From contig NC_090398.1 of NCBI RefSeq assembly GCF_036365525.1, forward strand, positions 6,572,001 through 6,636,000: a stretch of 64,000 bases of DNA. The letters run 5' to 3'. This stretch comes from Heterodontus francisci. Taxonomy: Eukaryota. Below the pieces are notes generated by a model, which saw only the letters and a program-made list of their open reading frames with translations, searched no databases and was not told the DNA's origin. Below are positions 58,230 to 64,000 of this stretch, piece by piece (the stretch's first letter is position 1; every line of letters begins with the position of its first letter). The position numbers and the translations under genes are program-made.

Positions 58230-59995
58230 GAATGGTACGGCACAGGATGAGGCCATTCGGCCCGTCGTGTTTGTGCTGACATTTTGTAACAGCACCTCAC
58301 CTCGTCCCACTGCCCCATCTTTTCCCCATAGCCTTGCAATTTTTTTTTCTTTTCAGATTATTATCCAGTTATTCCTTTATGAAAGCCTCGATTGAATCTG
58401 CCTCCACCACACTCTCAGGCAGTCCTTTCCAGATCCGAACCACTCACTGCCTCGAAATGTTTTTCCTCGTGTCACCTCTGCTTCTCTCACCAGTCGCCTT
58501 AGATCGGTGTCCTCTGGTTCTCGACCCCTCCGCCAATGGGAACAGTTTCTCTCTATCTACTCTGACCAGACCCCCAATGATTTTGAACACCTCGATCAAA
58601 TCTCCTCTTCTCCAAGGAGAACAGTCCCAGCTTCTCCAATCTATCCACCGTAACGGAAGTCCCTCATCCCTGGAACCATTATCGTGAATCTTTAATGCAC
58701 CCTCTCTAAAGCCTTCACATCCTTCCGAAAGTGTGGTGACCAGAACTGGACACAATACTCCAGTTGAGGATGAACCAGAGATTTATAAAATTTTACCAGA
58801 ACGTCCTTGTTTTTGTATCGATGTCTCTATAAAGCCCAGGATCCCTTATGCTCCATTAACCACTTTCTGAACCTGTCCTGTCACCTTCAATGATTTGTGT
58901 ACATTTACCCCCAGGTCCCTCTGCTCCTGCATCCCCGTTACAATTGTTCCCTTTATGTTATATTGTCTCTCCTCGTTCCTCCCCACCACAATATATCACT
59001 TCACACTTCTCTCTGTTAAACTGTATCTGCCACTTGTCTGCCCATTCCCCCAGCCTATGTCCTCCACACTATCACTATCCTCCCCTCAGTTCACAATACT
59101 TCCAAGTTTTGTGTCATCTGCATACTTTGAAATTGTGCCCTATTGTACACCCAAGTCTAGGTCATTAATATTCATGAAGAAAAGTAATGATCCTGATATC
59201 GACCCCTGGGGACCCCAATGTCCTCCAGTCCGAGAAACAACCGTTCACCAATAATCTCTGTTTCCTTTCACTCAGCTAATTCCGTATCCATGTGGATACT
59301 GTCCCTTTTATTCCATGAGCTGTAACTTTGCTCACCAGTCTGTTGTGTGGCACTTCATCAAATGCCATTTTGAAAGTCCATGTACGCCACATCAACAGCA
59401 TTGCCCTCCTCAACCCTCTCTGTTAGCTCCTCAAAGAACTCCAGCAAGTTAGTAAAACACGATTTTCCCCTTAACAAATCTGCACTGTCTTTCCTTAACT
59501 AATTCAAATTTGTCCAGGTCACTGTGAATTTTGTTCTGGATATTTGTTTCGAAAAGCTTTTCCACCACTGAGGGTAAACAGCCTGGCCTGCAGTGGCTGG
59601 TTTATCTTGACATCCTTTTTCTTTCATTCATTCGTGGGATGTGGGCGTCGCTGACCAGGCCAGCATTTATTGCCCATCCCTAATTGCCTTTGAGAAGGTG
59701 GTGGTGAGCTGCCTTCTTGAACCGCTGCAGTCCGTGTGGGGTAGGTACACCCATAGTGCTGTTAGGAAGGGAGTTCCAGGATTTTGACCCAGCGACAGTG
59801 AAGGAACGGCGATATCGTTCCAAGTCAGGATGGTGTGTGACTTGGAGGGGAACTTGCAGGTGGTGATGTTCCCATGCATCTGCTGCCCTTGTCCTTCTAG
59901 TTGGTTGAGGTCACGGGTTTGGAAGGTGCTGTCTAGGGTTGCAATTCTCTAGTCCACCGGCAGCACCCCTGAGTCTAAAGAGCGTTGGAAGATGA
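58230..59995 (-). mobile_element. Decayed CR1 LINE (RT + 3'UTR), interrupted at ~59620-59937
   Basis: RRGDLIEVFKIIGGLVRVDREKLFPLAEGSRTRGH; further RT remnants (LLEFFEE, VPQGS, ADDTKL) on -; IFQRSLDSGV segment at 59940-59995. Confidence 0.88.
59620..59937 (-). mobile_element. 3' fragment of the 4170-6669 LINE family nested in CR1
   Basis: Closely matches 4175-4485 by eye. Confidence 0.92.
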
Positions 59996-60002
59996 ATCGA
60001 TG

Positions 60003-61153
60003 TGTCAGTACTGAGGGAGTGCTGCACTGTCGGAGGGTCAGTACTGAGGGAGCGCTGCACTGTCGGAGGGTCAGTACTGAGGGAGTGCTGCACTGTCGGA
60101 GGGTCAGTACTGAGGGAGTGCTGCACTGTCGGAGGGTCAGTACTGAGGGAGTGCCGCACTGTCGGAGGGTCAGTACGGAGGGAGTGCCGCACTGTCGGAG
60201 GGTCAGTACGGAGGGAGTGCTGCACTGTCGGAGGGTCAGTACTGAGGGAGTGCCGCACTGTCGGAGGGTCAGTACGGAGGGAGTGCCGCACTGTCGGAGG
60301 GTCAGTACGGAGGGAGTGCCGCACTGTCGGAGGGTCAGTACGGAGGGAGTGCCGCACTGTCGGAGGGTCAGTACGGAGGGAGTGCCGCACTGTCGGAGGG
60401 TCAGTACGGAGGGAGTGCCGCACTGTCGGAGGGTCAGTACGGAGGGAGTGCCGCACTGTCGGAGGGTCAGTACTGAGGGAGTGCCCCACTGTCAGAGGGT
60501 CAGTACGGAGGGAGTGCCGCACTGTCGGAGGGTCAGTACTGAGGGAGTGCCGCACTGTCGGAGGGTCAGTACTGAGGGAGTGCCGCACTGTCGGAGGGTC
60601 AGTACTGAGGGAGTGCCGCACTGTCGGAGGGTCAGTACTGAGGGAGTGCCGCACTGTCGGAGGGTCAGTACTGAGGGAGTGCTGCACTGTCGGAGGGTCA
60701 GTACTGAGGGAGTGCTGCACTGTCGGAGGGTCAGTACTGACGGAGTGCTGCACTGTCGGAGGGTCAGTACTGAGGGAGTGCTGCACTGTCGGAGGGTCAG
60801 TACTGAGGGAGTGCCGCACTGTCGGAGGGTCAGTACTGAGGGAGTGCCGCACTGTCGGAGGGTCAGTACTGAGGGAGTGCCGCATTGTCGGAGGGTCAGT
60901 ACTGAGGGAGTGCTGCACTGTCGGAGGGTCAGTACTGAGGGAGTGCCGCATTGTCAGAGGGTCAGTACTGAGGGAGTGCCGCACTCTCGGAGGGTCAGTA
61001 CTGAGGGACTGCTGCACTGTTGGAGGGTCAGTACTGAGGGAGTGCCGCACTGTCGGAGGGTCAGTACTGAGGGAGTGCTGCACTGTCGGAGGGTCAGTAC
61101 TGAGGGAGTGCCGCACTGTCGGAGGGCCAGTACTGAGGGAGTGCTGCACTGTC
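60003..61153. repeat. 33-bp minisatellite (GTCAGTACTGAGGGAGTGCYGCACTGTCGGAGG), ~35 copies, Deu-SINE-derived
   Basis: 11-aa repeat ORFs; continues into Deu-like sequence GAATGAGATGTTAACCTGAGGCCCTGTCTTGCCTCTCAGGT. Confidence 0.95.
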
Positions 61154-61379
61154 AGCTCTGCTGTCTGTCGAATGAGATGTTAACCTGAGGCCCTGTCTTG
61201 CCTCTCAGGTTGATGTCAATGCCACCTATCTCTCATGGTCTTGCGAGTCCATCCTATCAATTACAGATAACGCCATTTCTAATCACCTACTTGTATCACT
61301 CTCCACCTACCTCCTTCTTCCACACCCAAACCCTACCTGCTCCCGGATCCATCTCTGGAAAAAGCTATCCCCCAATGCA

Positions 61380-62305
61380 CTTACAACTGCACTTTCACAA
61401 TCCTGACTCTCGCCTTTGGCCCTCCATTCATTTCTGCAGCTACTCTCTCACCCTGACCGTTCCCCCGGGTACGCTCCTCATCTCCGCTCCCCTAAAGTCC
61501 AAGAGAGGCAGACTTGAAAGATTATGGTGGACACCTGCTTTCTGGTGGCCATTCACTGCCAGAACTGACTGGATCACATCAAACACTACCGGGTCCTGCT
61601 CTCGTCTGCTTAAACCCCTCTCCCCCATCCTCACACCACTCTCCTCCACTGCACTGTCGTCTGGCTGGCTGGGACTGCTCTCACCTCCTCTCATTCTGAT
61701 CTGCTGAAAAACACCCATTTCTCCCTCCCCACCACCTCTCACTCCACTCCTCCACTGTTGTTAAATTATCGGTCTGCTTATCCCACATCCAGTACTGCAT
61801 CAGCAGAAATTTTCTCCAATTAGACATTGGGAAGACTGAAGACATTGTTTTCTGTCTCCACTCCAATCTCCGTGCCCTAGCTCCCGACTCCATCCCTCTC
61901 CCTGGAAACAGTCTGAGATTAATGCAGTCTCTTCACAATCTTGGTGTCACATTTGACCCCGAGATGAGTTTCTGATCTCATATTCACATCATCACTAAGA
62001 CCGTCTATTTCCACCTCTGTAACATGACCCGACTTCGCCCCTGTCTCAGCTCATCTGAAACCCTCATTCATGCCTTTGTTACCTCTAGACTTGACCATTC
62101 CAACACACTCCTGGCTGCTCTCCCACATTCTACCCTCTGTAAACATGAGCTCATCGAAACTCTGCTGCCCCCGTGTCCTAACTCACACCCAGTCCTGTTC
62201 CCCTGTCACCCCCTGTGTTCACTGCCCGACACTGGCTCCCGGTCAAACAACACCTCGATTTTAAACTTCTCATCCTTGTTTTCAAATCCCTCCATCACCT
62301 CACCC
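61380..62305 (+). mobile_element. Decayed L2-like LINE fragments
   Basis: NFLQLDIGKTEDIVF, NLGVTFDPEM, RLRPCLSSSETLIHAFVTSRLDHSNTLLAALP, FKLLILVFKSLH. Confidence 0.82.
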
Positions 62306-64000
62306 CTCCCTATCTCTGTAAACTCCTCCAGACCCTACACCCCTCCCTATCTCTGTAAACTCCTCCAGACCCGACACCCCTCCCTATCTCTGTAAACTCC
62401 TCCAGATCCTACACCCCTCCCTATCTCTGTAACCTCCTCCAGCCCCTACACCCCTCCCTATCTCTCTAACCTCCTCCAGACCCGACACCCCTCCCTATCT
62501 CTGTAACCTCCTCCAGCCCCGACACCCCTCCCTATCTCTGTAACCTCCTCCAGACCCTACACCCCTCCCTATCTCTGTAAACTCCTCCAGACCCTACACC
62601 CGTCCCTATCTCTGTAAACTCCTCCAGACCCTACACCCCTCCCTATCTCTGCAAACTCCTCCAGACCCGACACCCCTCCCTATCTCTGTAACCTCCTCCA
62701 GATCCTACACCCCTCCCTATCTCTGTAAACTCCTCCAGACCCTACACCCGTCCCTATCTCTGTAACCTCCTCCAGACCCGACACCCGTCCCTCTCTCTGT
62801 AACCTCCTCCAGCCCCTACACCCCTCCCTCTCTCTGTAACCTCCTCCAGCCCCTCCACCCCTCCCTCTCTCTGTAACCTCCTCCAGACCCGACACCCCTC
62901 CCTATCTCTGTAACCTCCTCCAGACCCGACACCCCTCCCTATCTCTGTACCCTCCTCCAGCCCCTACACCCCTCCCTCTCTCTGTAACCTCCTCCAGACC
63001 CGACACCCCTCCCTATCTCTGTAACCTCCTCCAGCCCCTACACCCCTCCCTATCTCTGTAACCTCCTCCAGCCCCTACACCCCTCCCTCTCTCTGTAACC
63101 TCCTCCATCCCCTACACCCCTCCCTCTCTCTGTAACCTCCTCCAGCCCCAACACCCCTCCCTAGATCTGTAAACTCCTCCAGATCCTACACCCCTCCCTA
63201 TCTCTGTAACCTCCTCCAGACCCGACACCCCTCCCTATCTCTGTAACCTCCTCCAGACCCTACACCCCTCCCTATCTCTGTAACCTCCTCCAGACCCTAC
63301 ACCCCTCCCTATCTCTGGAACCTCCTCCAGCCCCTACACCCCTCCCAATCTCTGTAACCTCCTCCAGTCCCTACACCCCTCCCTATCTCTGTAACATCCT
63401 CCAGCCCCTACACCCCTCCGTATCTCTGTAACCTCCTCCAGACCCGACACCCCTCCCTATCTCTGGAACCTCCTCCAGCCCCTACATCCCTCCCTATCTC
63501 TGTAACCTCCTCCGGCCCCTATAACCCTACTTATCTCTGTAACCTCCTCCAACCCCGACACCCCTCCCTCTCTCTGTAATCCCCTCGAGCCCCTCTAACC
63601 TGCCCTATCTCTGCAACTTCCTCAAGCCCCTACATCCCTCTCTCTGGAACACCTTCCAGCCCCTACACCCCTCCCTACCTCTGTAACCTCCTCCAGCCCC
63701 TACACACCTCCCTATCTCTGTAAGCTTCTCCAGCCCCTACACCCCTCCCTATCTCTGTAACATCTTCCAGCCCCTACACCCCTCCCTATCTCTGTAACCT
63801 CCTCCAGCCCCTACACCCCTCCCTATCTCTGTAACCTCCTCCAGACCCTACACCCCTCCCTTTCTCTGTAACCTCTTCCAGCCTCTACACCCCTCCCTAC
63901 CTCTGTAACCTCCTCCAGCCCCTGCACCCCTCCCTATCACTGTAACCTCCTCCAGCCCCTACAGCCCTCCCTATCTCTGTAACCTCCTCCAGCCCCTACA
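62303..64000. repeat. 37-bp L2-derived minisatellite (CCCCTCCCTATCTCTGTAACCTCCTCCAGCCCCTACA), >=46 copies, runs off window end
   Basis: Tandem periodicity starting at the L2 PPYLCNLLQPY-like segment. Confidence 0.96.

Noticed and set aside
59911-61188. ~400-aa Cys/His-rich repeat ORFs
   Set aside because: Multi-frame translations of the 33-bp minisatellite.

Overview
This is eukaryotic vertebrate DNA, almost certainly from a cartilaginous fish (shark-type HE1/V-SINE, Deu-domain SINE, CR1 and L2 repeats). It is GC-rich and dominated by minisatellites, with N-masked low-complexity blocks and one 200-N scaffold gap. Genes: (i) the last five coding exons of SSRP1 on + (30129-34509), with the 5' part missing at the gap; (ii) a complete four-exon TMEM17-family gene on - (56464 to 37934, about 254 aa); (iii) the first coding exon of an unidentified + gene at 57896, divergent from TMEM17; (iv) a probable ATG-free first exon and CpG promoter of a - gene at about 27875-28500. 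Most long ORFs in the track are repeat artefacts. The most notable observation is a CR1-group LINE (4170-6669, -) whose 5' end is a tRNA-derived SINE head fused directly to the endonuclease-RT ORF. It inserted as one unit and has no T4 Pol III terminator on its sense strand, making it a candidate Pol III-driven LINE. Also notable: a 16-copy VNTR amplifying an RFX X-box-like site, GC box and start codon of ciliary TMEM17; a 14.6-kb telomere-variant/GGGTCA-DR7 array with hairpin cassettes filling TMEM17 intron 1; and repeated birth of minisatellites from specific retroelement motifs. Repeat-family names are from recalled consensus sequences, not from a database search.
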